A stretch of DNA of 64,000 bases, from positions 69,719 to 133,718 of the forward strand of contig RHPI01003728.1 of assembly GCA_009103225.1 (NCBI GenBank), in the 5' to 3' direction. Under the pieces are notes generated by a model. That model did no database searches. It worked only from the letters and a program-made list of their open reading frames with translations, and was not told where the DNA came from. Below, one piece after another: positions 52,308-64,000 of the stretch. The translations under genes and the position numbers were made by a program. Within the stretch, counting starts at the first letter, position 1. Each line of letters begins with the position of its first letter. Origin of the DNA: Chlorokybus atmophyticus. Lineage: Eukaryota; Plantae; Mesostigma and Chlorokybus algae.

Positions 52308-53265
52308 GGCTAAGCCCACCACTGCAAAGAATGCAGTTACGGCGGAGTCAATTGAGCTTGCAAACGTGCTTGAACAGAACATCACAAGCTTCTGGTGTAG
52401 CATGACATCAGAGTTGGCACATCAGCTTGACACGTCTGATGTGACTTGCGGGCAAAGAGACGACACCGAGAGACCAGTCAAGCTGCAAAGCGCGTTCAAC
52501 AACACAAGTACGACGCACTCGACTCAAGCATGCAGTGTAGGACAGAACGACAAGCAAGAGCAGTGTGTGCATTAGTAGTGCTCACCTGACTAGAGCTAGT
52601 TTTCACACGGCCGCCAATCCTTTTGCGCACCAACAAAATGATAGAGAGATATTGCCTGCTGAGACCCGGTGTTCAATCTACTGCCAGCAAGCCAAACAAC
52701 CCTCTGGATGTGTGCGCCTTCAAGTTTCAAGCTCCGCCGAACGATCTTCAGCAGCCTCTGCCTCTGGCGCCAACTGTGCCAGCTGGCATGTTTCTTTCCA
52801 GCGGTTACCTGACTGCGGTCGCACTGATCAAACGGTCAAGCACTAACCGATGAGCTGAATGAGCTAGATTTCAAAGAAGCGGGAGCAGAACAGCAGATAT
52901 CAGCACAAGTCGTGATATCGTTGGGTCTGTCATTGTCTGCTGCTGATGCTGGCATCAGCCGACGTGGCGCGTGGCAGGGCCAGCGTTGGGCTGGTCACCT
53001 ACGATCACGTAACGAAGATCGGCCATTGGGCAGGTTACACTTTGTTGCGTGTCTTATTTACGACTTTGCTGTGTTCCGGTTACAGCGTTGGTCGATCCAG
53101 CTGGTAGGCAACACTGTCGCCGCTGACGCTGACGCCGTCGACGACGACGACGACGACAGCATCAAGGAGTGACCTGCTGTTCGTGCACTAAACCTTTGGC
53201 ATGTTGTCGCAGAAATTGCGGCGAGCTGTGGGTTGGAGCAAGCCGGAAAGCCTGTTAGGCTGAAA

Positions 53266-53290
53266 GAGCTGAGCTGAGCTGAGCTGAGCT
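53266..53290 (+). repeat. (GAGCT)5 pentamer array upstream of the ABC1K start
   Basis: Five exact copies ending about 70 bp before ATG 53360. Confidence 0.9.
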
Positions 53291-53359
53291 GGTGGCAGTG
53301 GGTGTGGTGGAATACGCTGTTGTGGTGTTGCGCTTTCGTTTGAAGGGGTTTTTTTCATC

Positions 53360-56300
53360 ATGGAGTGTAGTGTCAGCAGATTTATGGTAGGGTTGCAGAC
53401 TGTTACAGCGGTAACAGGGTGCGCTGCACAGCGTCATGCAAGCGGTGGGCGCTCCCGTGCACATGGCTTCAGGGGATCAAGTGGCCTCCGACCAGCAGCA
53501 CCCAGGTTGCGCAATAGCAGAGACTGCAGCAGGCAAGTATACACTGCACCACGTTGAAAGACGATTACATTACATCAGCCGATTGCGTGCGTGTCAGTTA
53601 CTCATCAAGTTACCAATTGCATGCCAGTGTGGCGACATGCATGGTTAAGTAAGAGCATTAATATAGCGTATAAGCGCTTGTCTTGTTGTCTGCCAATTTT
53701 TAATGCTACTGTTTACCACCTGGTCGCGGGAAAGCTTGCTTAGACAATGCGAAAGCTACATTTTGTCAACACTTGTCGTATACACGTACTGCATTATATT
53801 ATAGCTTACGCATAGCATGTTGTGCAGGCATTGGCAAGCTGGTAGATCAGTGTTATCAACCCCTGTCAGCGCCTCCGCTGTCACAGACCTTCAACAGTTC
53901 GTAAGCTCCTTCGCATCAAGTAATCCTCTTGGCAGCAAACTGCGCTCACTTGTTGACGGCACCTCTCCGCAGGTAAGGCACCTGGCACGGTGTAATCGTG
54001 CATAGCGTCGTTGTGCACTTCATCTTGGTACAGGCGCCTGATGCTTGTTAATGTACACTGTGTGTTCTAAGTTGTGAACAGCTTCAGAACTTGCTCGTAC
54101 GTGCAGGCCAGTTGGAGGTCAGATATTGAGACACAATTGAACCAGCTGGAAAGCAATGCCGAAATTGTGAAGCTTCAAGAACAAGTCCAGCAAGCACAGC
54201 ATGCACTGGTAGACGCAGTGAACGGCATCGTGCAGGGCGTCACCCAGCAACAGGCAGCAACCCCCAGCAATGCCAACGGCTTGAATTTTGATGCGCAGAG
54301 TGCGTTTGAGTTGTTACAGAGCAGACTGCAAGCAGCTTCCAGTGCTGTGCAAGACTTGACAAGCCAGCTAGGTTCCAAACAGAATGCTTACGACTTGCTT
54401 CAGGATAGGTTGCAAGCAGCTTCAACCGCTGTGCAAGACCTGTCGACCAGGTTGGGTTCAGGCCAGGTTGAATGGGCGTCTGTTGCTGATGGCTTGCAGC
54501 GGGTGCTTAATGGCACAGTCAGGCAGACGCTGGACTATGTTGCCAACGCATCACGAGAGGAGGCTCTGGTTGCTTTGCAAACCAGTCTCGGCGTGGCAGC
54601 TGCCAATGCGCAAGACTGGGCACAGCATCTGGACAGCGCGCAAACAACCGCAGCGGTTGCTTTGCTCTTCACAATGACCACCACCAGCCTCTTACTGGCG
54701 ATGAACAATGCCCGCAGAGTCCCTGCGTTTGATGATCTGCCATTGCGCTACAACTCTGCGCAGATAGGTGCGTATTTCTCAAGACGACGCCCGCTGGTCT
54801 TTGCAAGGCTGGTTCAGGTTGCGTTCATGAGCTCAAAATTTGCCTTCTCGCTTGCACTGGACTATGCCCGTGGCAAGCTTCAACAGAATGAACTGGTCCG
54901 TGCTCGCCAGCTGCGCGAGCTCATCACCAGTCTTGGTGCTGCAGCCATCAAGGTTCGTTACAAAAGCACATAATGTTATTCCACAATGTAGCAAACGCGC
55001 AGTACTCAACAACTACTGCAGGTTGGTCAAGGTTTGAGCATCCGGCCAGACATCTTGTCGGTTGCATACTTGGCGGAACTGCAGCTGTTGCAAGATCGCG
55101 TCCCGGCATTTGACACCAAACAGGCATACCAGTTTTTGGAGCAGTCTTTGCAACGGCCTCCAAGCGTGGTATTCTCGTACATCTCGCCAGAGCCTGTGGC
55201 AGCCGCTTCCCTTGGGCAGGTATGTGCTCGTTGCGGTTGGCAGTGGTTCAGTGATGCAGTTTATAGCAATCATACGACGTGCAAGGGGCTTGTTATGCCT
55301 GAATGGGGAGAGCACCAAAGTATTGAACTTACTCCAAACAATCCAAACATCCTATTGCTGCAGCTGACTTGCCCACTGATTGTGTTGGCCAGGTGTACAA
55401 AGCCGTTCTCAGAGACACAGGCGAAACAGTGGCAGTAAAAGTGCAACGGCCCAACGTGCTTGAGAGCGTGGCTTTGGACTTGTATATTATTCGTATTCTA
55501 TTCAGCTGGATACAGGTGAGCTGCGCAACGCCTGTGAGCGGGCTCATATACCAACAACATTCTGCTTGCATCATAAGAGGCATCGACCATAGTCTCGCAT
55601 TTGATGCCATATCTCTCTCCTGCTTGCAGCGTATTCCCCGTGTGAAGAGCAACCTAGTTGACGTGATGGAGTCATGGGCTTTCCGGTTCTTTGATGAACT
55701 CGACTACGTGCAAGAGGCAGAGAACGCCATGCTGTTTGCCGAGCAGATGAAGATTCTTGAGAATATCACCGTTCCACGTGTGTTCCCTCAGTACACCACT
55801 CGCAAGGTATAATGTCAAGTCGTGTAGGCTGCGTAGCAGTACAAGCCAATCCTCTTTGAATGCGGACCTGTTTGAACAACACATGCAGTTTGTTCTCGTG
55901 GTGTTGTGCTCAATGTCATGTGCTCACTGTCAGGTGCTGACCACAGCTTGGGTAGATGGTGAAAAACTAAGTGAGAGCAATGCCAGCGATGTTGCTCCCT
56001 TGGTGACAACCATGCTCAACTGCTACCTTATACAGCTTCTGGAGACAGGGTATGTGTCTTTGCGCAGAGGCAGGCAATCTGAATGTTTCAAGCGCATCTT
56101 GACTAGTATGATGATATCGTTGCATTGGCAGGTTCTTACATGCGGATCCTCATCCTGGCAATCTTCTTCGCACGCAAGATGGCAAGCTCTGCGTGCTTGA
56201 TTTTGGCCTGATGACTGAGGTACTGCTCTTGCATTTGTACGTAGCTTGTGTTGTGCCGTGGTAGTCTGGTGCTCATTTCTATGCCATACCTACCTGCTCT

Positions 56301-57924
56301 GCTGACGGTCATTGTTACCAGGTTACGGAAGATCAGAGATACACCTTAGTGGAGTACATCGCGCATTTGCTGAACTCCGATTTTGACAAGGTCCCATACG
56401 ATTTGATGAAGCTTGGCTTTATACCCAACGACAAGATCAACCCAGAAGAAGCTGCGGAGGTATGCAGCTTGTTGCTTCACAGCTAGTGTTGGCGGTTTGC
56501 TACTTGAAGATGTTGACGTATGTTGGTTACAGGTGGCGCCCATACTTGGAGCAGTCATTGGGCAGTTTATGCGGGGTGGTGGAGCAGCCAGCATTGATGT
56601 TGATGCTATCACGCGAGACCTGTCGGCACTTAGCGACACATACACATTTATTATTCCGCCATGGTTTGCGCTCATTTTGCGAGCCTTTGGTACACTGGAA
56701 GGCTTGGGACTAAGAGCAGACCCAACATACAGCATTACCAAGGAATGCTACCCTTATCTGTCAAAGCGATTGCTAACAGACGACAATCCACGCATCAGGG
56801 CTGCACTTCGCTACTTTTTGTACAAAGGACAAGAGGTCCTGACGATTGCCTTATAGTTGTGGTTGCTTGTATGAGTGAGTCTTGCATGCATGTTCTTAAT
56901 CTATACTTGCTGCGCCTTTTCCCAGAGACTTGACGTCAACAGAGTCAAGGAGCTGGCATTTAACTTTCAGCGCTTTGCTGAAGCTTCCAAGACTCTCGCA
57001 CCAACAGACTCCAGTGTCAGAACAACAGGCCCCGTGATTGACCAGTGGTCGCAGCAAGCCTTGCAGCTGTTGTTTGCCAGGGAGGGAAGCTACCTGCAGG
57101 ACCTCCTGTTGCAAGAGGTATGTCTTGCTTTTCAAGTTGACGCTCGGCGAGCACAACCGTTCACCACTAGCTCGTGACCAGGAAGTAAGCATTAGTCTCA
57201 CGGACACACAATTCTGGCAGGCTGTGCGTGCGACAGACGCATTGTCGAGAGGTGCCCTTGCGCAATCATGGCAGGTTTTTGGCACGCTGGCAGCACAGTC
57301 CCCGCTAGCAGTAGTCCAGTCGCTCGTGGCGCGGTCTCCGCCAGAGCCTGGCACTTGGCCCATATTTTTGCCCGGGATAGTTGCTGGCAAGGTGCCTTAT
57401 GCTCAGCTTACAGAGGAGGACCAAGAGGCCCTTCGCACCGTGCAAGGCCTCTGGGAAATCCTCCAGCCAGAACTCCAGAGACCCAGGCCCAACCCCACTT
57501 CAGGTGCGTGCAGGCAACATGCATGCTGCGCGTGCGCACCAGTGTATGCGCATGTGCACGCACGCACATATCTACATGCATACTCGTGTAGTGCAGCGAA
57601 CATGTGGCTAGTTTCGCTGTGTAGAATGATGACTGTGCAATTCGGTGAATGTGATCAGCGCCCACAAACTGCTTTCCTTTCATGCTGTGCTGCTGCTGAC
57701 TGCTGACTATGTTCACAGGTTGGGATGCGCGCACTCTTTCGCAGCAACTCTTCCCGCTGGTGGCTGGGTTAGTGCCCGGTGCGGGGCTCCTTGGCCTGCG
57801 GTTCTTGCGGCTGCTTGTTGAGCGCCAGGCGCTGCGGCTGGCAGACGACCTCGACCGGGGCCTGCAAACCCAGGAGCTGCCTGATACGACGTCTCCGGCA
57901 TTCCGCCGTCGGGTCACTTATTAG
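53360..57924 (+). CDS. ABC1K6: Plastid ABC1 atypical kinase, ABC1K6-like, with extended helical N-terminus
   Basis: IKVGQGLSIRPD, LQDRVPAF, PVAAASLGQ-VYKA, AVKVQRP, ELDYVQE, VLTTAWVDGEKLS, FLHADPHPGNL, VLDFGL, IPPWFALILRAFGTLEG, YPYLSKRLLTDDNPRIRAALRY. Stop at 57922-57924. The subfamily number comes from remembered consensus. Confidence 0.85.
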
Positions 57925-58194
57925 TGAGGGTGCTCATGCCAGGCATTAGGCACCGGCAGTACATTTTTCATGATTGACGCAGCGCAGCTGCGTGCTGCAT
58001 TTGTTTTGTTGCATGTGCATGTGTAGCAGCTGTACAGATCTATTGTTATGACTCTTTTGTGGGTTGAGTTGTGAAGTGAAATGAGTGGCTCTCTAGGCAG
58101 CAGTGCTGCTTTCTGGGAGCCAAGCTGCTTAACGGGATATGTTCTGGTTATGTTATTAGGTGCACCTGCTTACAGCTATCAGCTGGGCGCGGCG

Positions 58195-58274
58195 TGTACA
58201 GGATATGCTGCCAGTAGTTGTAGACATGCATGACATCACTCACAGCATGCCAAACAGCATGCAAGCACATTGTG
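58195..58274. repeat. Dispersed repeat family copy B
   Basis: Matches 26795-26874 in the same orientation. Confidence 0.9.
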
Positions 58275-59107
58275 CTAAATACTTGCAGGCGCTCGCGGAG
58301 ATGCTAATACCCCTATGTCACTCACAAGCTTGCGTTGCTTGCTGTCCACTTGCAAGCGTCCTCCGCAAGACCTTGCAGACCAGTGACACAGTTGGCATTG
58401 TCACCGACAACACTACCAATGGGGAATCTTTGTTGCCAGTGTGGGGTAGCTTGCATGCTATATAATGCGCACTTTGCGCAAAGTAGTTCTGGTCAAAAGT
58501 CCGTCATTTTTCAAACAGGTCTTCTCAAGCCAACATCATGGCATGCTAGAGACCAGCGACACGTGGTGACGATGCATATCATGCTCTCAAGTTTGCTTGT
58601 TGAGACAAACCCGTTCAACGGGAGTACGTGATAAAACCATCAAGTGTGCCAGATTGCAGGGCACAGTGCGTCCAAGAACTTCCTGTTCGACAAAAGCAGC
58701 ACAAAAGCATGCTCACACTCCTCGCAGTGCCAATGTATGTACAACTTGCAGGTGCAGCCGGGTTGGCGTGGGATCGCCCTTGATAGTGTTATGACGCTTC
58801 TTGCACAAACGCCTGCCAATTCAACAACAGGGTCAGCAACTACTGGCTGATGGTAGAGCAAAGCAGTGTAGACTTGGTGTAGATAGAGTGTAGTAGTGAG
58901 TAAAGGCCTTGCTGAGTGATGATGATGGCGTTTCTTGCTAAAAAGTTGCAAACCATCTATGCAGATTACATCACATCTGAGAAGTGTTTGCAGCTCTCAG
59001 CAACAGATACTGCCCATATCAATAGACTTATACTGACAGTTTTCATGCTCCTGTCATAGTGACAGCTCATCACCAGCCACATGCACAAAGGTGGGAGTAA
59101 ACCATAC

Positions 59108-60997
59108 CTGCTGTGCTTTTCTCGCGCAAGCAGAGAACGCTTTCACTGCCGCACCGCATCGCAACGGGTCCTAGCCACACATTAAACAAATCAACGCAAT
59201 GCGCAATATCTACGCTAAAAGAACACAGCAATTGAGTGTGACACAATGGTCAGGTGCTCAACTGCTGGACATTCCTATTGCTTCCATTGCAACATCTCAC
59301 CATTGCATGCAAGTGTCAACATTGTTTGTGCCACCAAGGCACTCAGCAACGTCCTGAGTTTGCAGCTGCAAATTGTAACAACGGATGCTAACTGACTGAC
59401 CTCAGGATGCTCCTTGTAGCACTTGACACATGTTTCACGCTCTGCCTCGCAGGGTGTGGGCCGCATCGGTGCCCTGCATGATACGACAACATGTGAGGCT
59501 GATGCTGTCCAACTGTAATTTACCAAGTTTCAACAGTGAAATTTCGCATGCTTAGACGCGCACGTTATATCAGAGGCAGGCATGCTCACTCACACGTATT
59601 CTTTCTCATGAAGCTCTTTCGCAAAAGTATCAACCTTGGCCAACTCTTCCTCCTCCCTCTTCAGCAAGAGATCACCCACTCGCGCCTGTGGCAACATGAA
59701 GTCTACATATCAACAACCAAGTCTCTTCCAGCTAGCTTCATGACTACAAACAGCTGATTGAAGGGATGTGAAGAGCGCAGCAGCGTGAGATAGATGCTCA
59801 TGTGACAGTGCTTACACTGTGGGCGAGAGCCTGTTGCACCTCAGGCTTCACGGCCGGTTGTGATGGTCTGAGCCGGGGGGGAGCGAACAGCCCACCATGC
59901 AACTGGAAGAACAAACAGCATCAAGGAGTGAACAACACAATAAATGCAGTTCAACACGTATGCACACACGCGTACACACATGTACATATGCCTATGAAAA
60001 GAGTTAAGCACGCACACGTGCATGGGTCACGCACGATCACATGCATATACACGCACGCACTCATGCATGCACACAAGCGCACACACATGTGCATGCATAC
60101 ACACGCGTGACGTATGCACAATACCTCTGGCAGGAAAGCGGCGGGAAACTGCGCATGCCCCTGCGCAGGCGGGTATCCTTCCCGCACGGCCCCGTCCCCA
60201 ACACGCGCTTCACCATCACGCTGCTGATGAGGTGATGATGCATCCTGATGGTTGACTCTGTCCACCACACCCCTCTGCTGCTGCTCATGATGATGCTGTT
60301 GGCTCCTGCGAGCCGTGTTGCCATTCAGCCTGTCCAGCAGCCTTGATGATATCTGCGTTTGATACACACATACGGAGAAGAGCAGTTTGGTTTGGTGTTG
60401 AGCAACTTGCATGGAGCTGTTGTGTGGGCTGAAGGACTGGACTCGCGTACAGCTAGTACAAACCAAAGTGATGGAAAAACACACAGGTGGTTCCTGGCGT
60501 TGTCATATGTTATTATGCACATGCCCACTCATGCTCATCAACCAACCGCATGCATGGCCTCAAAATAAACTGGTATCTGCGTCGGTTTTGTGTGTCGCTT
60601 TGTTTGTTGGGTACCATGTTTACTGATGCATAAGAGGTCTCCATGTATTGCCATGATATATGAGATGAGCGATAGAGATGGTCACGCGGCATGCTTGCAT
60701 GTGGTTGCAAACCCTGACCATGTGCAAGCATGTGCTTCTGACACCGATGCTTGTTGAGATCACCAGTCATGTGGCATGCATGGAAGCTGAGTAATCACTC
60801 CTACTCTGAATGGTTGAATCGATCAGTTGTACAAGCTAGAAAACTTAGCAGAACGTTGTGGAATGGACGTTATTAGCACACGTGCAATGTGCAACCGAGC
60901 AGGCAGCAGAATGGATAGTCAAAGCAAGTGACAACAGTTTAGACGCAGATATAGCACTGACCCGTACGCCGAAGGCGGACCCGCCGCCCTCAGCCAT
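59108..60997 (-). CDS. MICOS Mic19/CHCHD3-like twin-CX9C (CHCH) protein; last exon unresolved
   Basis: Spliced protein: MAEGGGSAFGVR-ISSRLLDRLNG...-ARVGDLLLKREEEELAKVDTFAKELHEKEY-RAPMRPTPCEAERETCVKCYKEHPE-DPLRCGAAVKAFSACARKAQQ, i.e. CX9C-X10-CX9C after a coiled coil. Confidence 0.7.
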
Positions 60998-61089
60998 GGC
61001 GGCAGCCACACCGCCGCCCCTGCCTTGGCTGAAGGGATGTTAGGAGATTCAATGTTGGAATGAGGTGGAGATGAGTTCTCGAAACAAAG

Positions 61090-62700
61090 CCCTATGAGGT
61101 TCAATCTCATAGGGGCACTAAGGTAAAGCTTGCTTCAGCTAGCTTCATAAGCTAAAAGGCTGAAATGACCACTCATAGTCCATGAGTGGTCATTTCATGA
61201 GTCATGGAGCGTCACTTACAAGATGTGATGAGTGTTGCAAGTTGCAACTTGCATGACGCGACTGCAATATTCCCGCCTACAGTAAAAGATGTGCAATCGC
61301 TCAGCTATTCAATGTGTAATAATGTGTGTGATTTTTCAAAGATTAGTTGTTCATAACACTTGGCTGAAACAATCATTATCAATCTAAATTTAAAATTAGC
61401 ATTGGTACAAATGTTATGCATTATTAAAAACGTATAATGTACAATAAGGCTGAAACCAATCACACCTTTAATTGCTAAAAATATCATCGTCTTGAGCTTA
61501 AAACCGGTTGATGCTTCAACAACAATAAATGTAGCATCAACATTTAACATCGCGACAAACGATCTACCAAATGATAAAAGCGCATCTTGTAATTAAGTAT
61601 CATAAAAGTTTTGTTAACACTTTGTTATAATTATGCATCAATTGGATTATCAAAACGCGTGTACTGAAATATTGAGGTTGTAATAACACTCTATCATACT
61701 TACACATATCCATACGATGTCGAAGTGAATGCTTACACATCAGCAAAGCATGCATGTTTTATGCATAAAACATGTAAACCAATCGCTTAATCTTAAAATG
61801 TTACACAAGGTAAAGCTTATTGAATGACATACATGAAAAAAACCACAAATGTTTTGAACAATGACTCATCACAAGCAAATATGCTGTAAGTATATAAGAT
61901 GATGTTGGTAATTATAATAACTGTAACAATAACAGTATCAACCAAATTGTGCATTTATATTGTTAAGGTCAATTATCGCAAATCGAGACCGGAGTTGTTG
62001 TTACAAATCGGGCACTTGCTATCTGTTATTCCCTGCTTCTTTGCCCAACTGCATGCACATAGCTAGTGCCTTTGGTTAGGCCATGCCTCTGCCCGTGCCT
62101 TGTGTAAGTGTAATGTTATGTTGTCCGTGGTCGTGCTTGTGTATATAAGGGGTATGGTACGGTGGCAGCATGCATGGTGTGGACAATGCGAATGGCATGC
62201 ATCAGCACAAGCATACACACGCTTTACACATCAAATTTAACCACCGGGCTAGTTTTATGGCTGCTTGCTACACTATACCAATGCTAGCCCGCCCCGTTAG
62301 ACATAAAAGCATGCATTCAGTTAGTACCTGCTCACATGGGCGCTGTGTGTTCTTGCATGTTTTGCATATGTATCATGGGACCCATGATTCATTGGAATGC
62401 CGATATATGTGACCTATATACATATTATATAATGGTATTCTATGCATATGTTACTATATTGTAATAATAAGATTATGAGCATGTTTGCAAATATTTGATG
62501 ATTTCAAAACCTTACAGTTGTTGTAGAATGCAATCATCCATAGGTGCACGTTGCAAGTACTGTGCAACATGACGGGATGGCATAATTGTGTTCATAGCAC
62601 GGTATGAACATGGCACAGTATTGGCCACAGAAACCATGCCAAACCTTGGGTGTGTTTCCTTGTTGTCTGCGGTCTGTTTCCTTGTAGTCTAGTGAACAAT
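61090..62700. other. Second AT-rich island with clustered perfect hairpins and repeat copy C
   Basis: Hairpins or palindromes at 61090-61114, 61161-61197, about 61236-61253 and 61753-61774. 62241-62340 is shared with copy A. Confidence 0.6.
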
Positions 62701-62998
62701 GTGTGAAGGCCATGAGCTAGCAACTATCCTGCCATGTGCTGCATTATTGGCAGAGCAAGCACGTCATAAACCAGGCGATTTTTCCAATTTGTTGACCATT
62801 GCTTCGCAACCCCGTGCAGTAGGAGCCAATTGCGTTACATGCACGAAGCCATGCACAAAATATGCGATATGACACATGCGACCGTTTGAGAGAAACACCG
62901 CTTCTGCTTAATGCAATATTGCACAGCTGTATAATTACAAGAGCAAACGCCCTAAGCTAACGCCGCGAATTTGAACTCAGCAACATGACCGACACTGC

Positions 62999-64000
62999 CT
63001 ACACTCGGCCCGTGTCGGCAATCACCTTGGCACCTGCTTGCAGCTGATTGAGCTGGCTGATGTTTTGACCGTTTTCATCCTTGAGAGCCCGTACACTTTT
63101 GCCATCTTGCGCGATCTTCAGCTCTGTCTGGACGAGGTCGATGACCTGCAGGCAGATTACAATGCTTACAACATGCATAGTCTGCTTGCATTGTGAACAG
63201 CAGCAACAGAAGAACAGATTTCGCGCAACGATATCAACCACATACCTGTTCAATGGTGGTGAAGTTGCGAGGTATAACAATGCTCTTAACCCGCTGCACC
63301 TTTCCCGGATATATAGCCGTGATTTTCCGCTGCTGCGCCGCCATGAATGCTGGCAGGTTCCTGTCACCGTCCGGCTGCGTCAAGCGAGGCGACTCTTTGG
63401 GAACCACACCAGAACCTGAGGATTGCAATTGATTACGTAAGTGACACTGCAAGACTGTGGTTGACAACACATTGCTACATGTGCCCTGCGATGTGAGCAG
63501 ACCTCTTGGTAGCTGTAGCTTTACCTGTTTGAGGATTGAACCGCTCTCCACAAGTGACAACAAGCTTCATGCCATCTTGGACCTGCAAGACACCAGATGC
63601 GCAGTTATAAACGTAACAACAAGACTTAACAGCACGGGCGTCTGTGGTGCTTCTGTAGTGGTATATGAAACCATGCGTGACAGGAATGGGCAAGTGCATC
63701 CATGTCATGAACAGCTCCGTTAGCCTGCTCTGCTCTCATCCTGATCAGTCTGCAACCAGCGATATGAGCGAGGTAATTGACCAGTACCTGACTTAGGTGT
63801 GTGACAGGTTGACCAGTCCGCCTGTCAAAGAACTCTGTAGCGGCTTTTGTCTGTTCCTTCAACTTCAGGGTTTCATCAGCGAGTTCGATCAACTGCACAT
63901 TGCCAGTGTCAAGCTGCGATGTCCTGTGCTTCTCAAAGCCATGCATGCAGCAAACAGCCGTACCTGTTTGATGTCGAAGAACTTGTGAGGCACAACGACA
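62999..64000 (-). CDS. Tandem doublecortin (DCX)-like domain protein, 3' part (5' end lies outside the window)
   Basis: Spliced: VVVPHKFFDIKQ-LIELADETLKL..FFDRRTGQPVTHLSQ-VQDGMKLVVTCGERF, a linker, then RKITAIYPG..SIVIPRNFTTIEQ-VIDLVQTELKI..SVRALKDENGQNISQLNQLQAGAKVIA. Stop at 63001-62999. Confidence 0.7.

Noticed and set aside
52093-52575. 160-aa plus-strand ORF
   Set aside because: Antisense to the first SLP2 exon, which has family support.
1-64000. tRNA, rRNA, CRISPR arrays or intact transposases
   Set aside because: None recognisable by eye; the repeats found lack unique spacers and no intact transposase or RT ORF is present.

Overview
Eukaryotic, intron-rich nuclear DNA (many short GT-AG introns, several GC-AG) from the green lineage. 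Plant-type TIM21-like, UAH, SLP2, GH127 and ABC1K genes point to a green or early streptophyte alga; this is an inference. All gene models were spliced by hand. Gene order: FolD 3' end (+), decayed RLE-type non-LTR retrotransposon fragment (-), large secreted bacterial-type lectin-like protein (-), AT-rich island, D-lactate dehydrogenase (+), TIM21-like (-), NSUN5 (+), PIMT (+), proline-rich wall glycoprotein (+), MAP3K-like kinase tail (+, cut by gaps), sterol C22-desaturase P450 (-), TraB-family (+), ureidoglycolate amidohydrolase (-), GH127 (+), SLP2 phosphatase (-), ABC1K6-like kinase (+), Mic19/CHCHD3-like twin-CX9C protein (-), second AT-rich hairpin-rich island, and a tandem doublecortin-domain gene 3' end (-). 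The most notable items are two apparently foreign-type genes that carry full sets of introns (the bacterial-type secreted protein and a fungal ERG5/CYP61-type P450), the Mic19-like and DCX proteins, and at least seven GC-AG introns. There are four assembly gaps. Family comparisons come from remembered consensus motifs, not from database searches.
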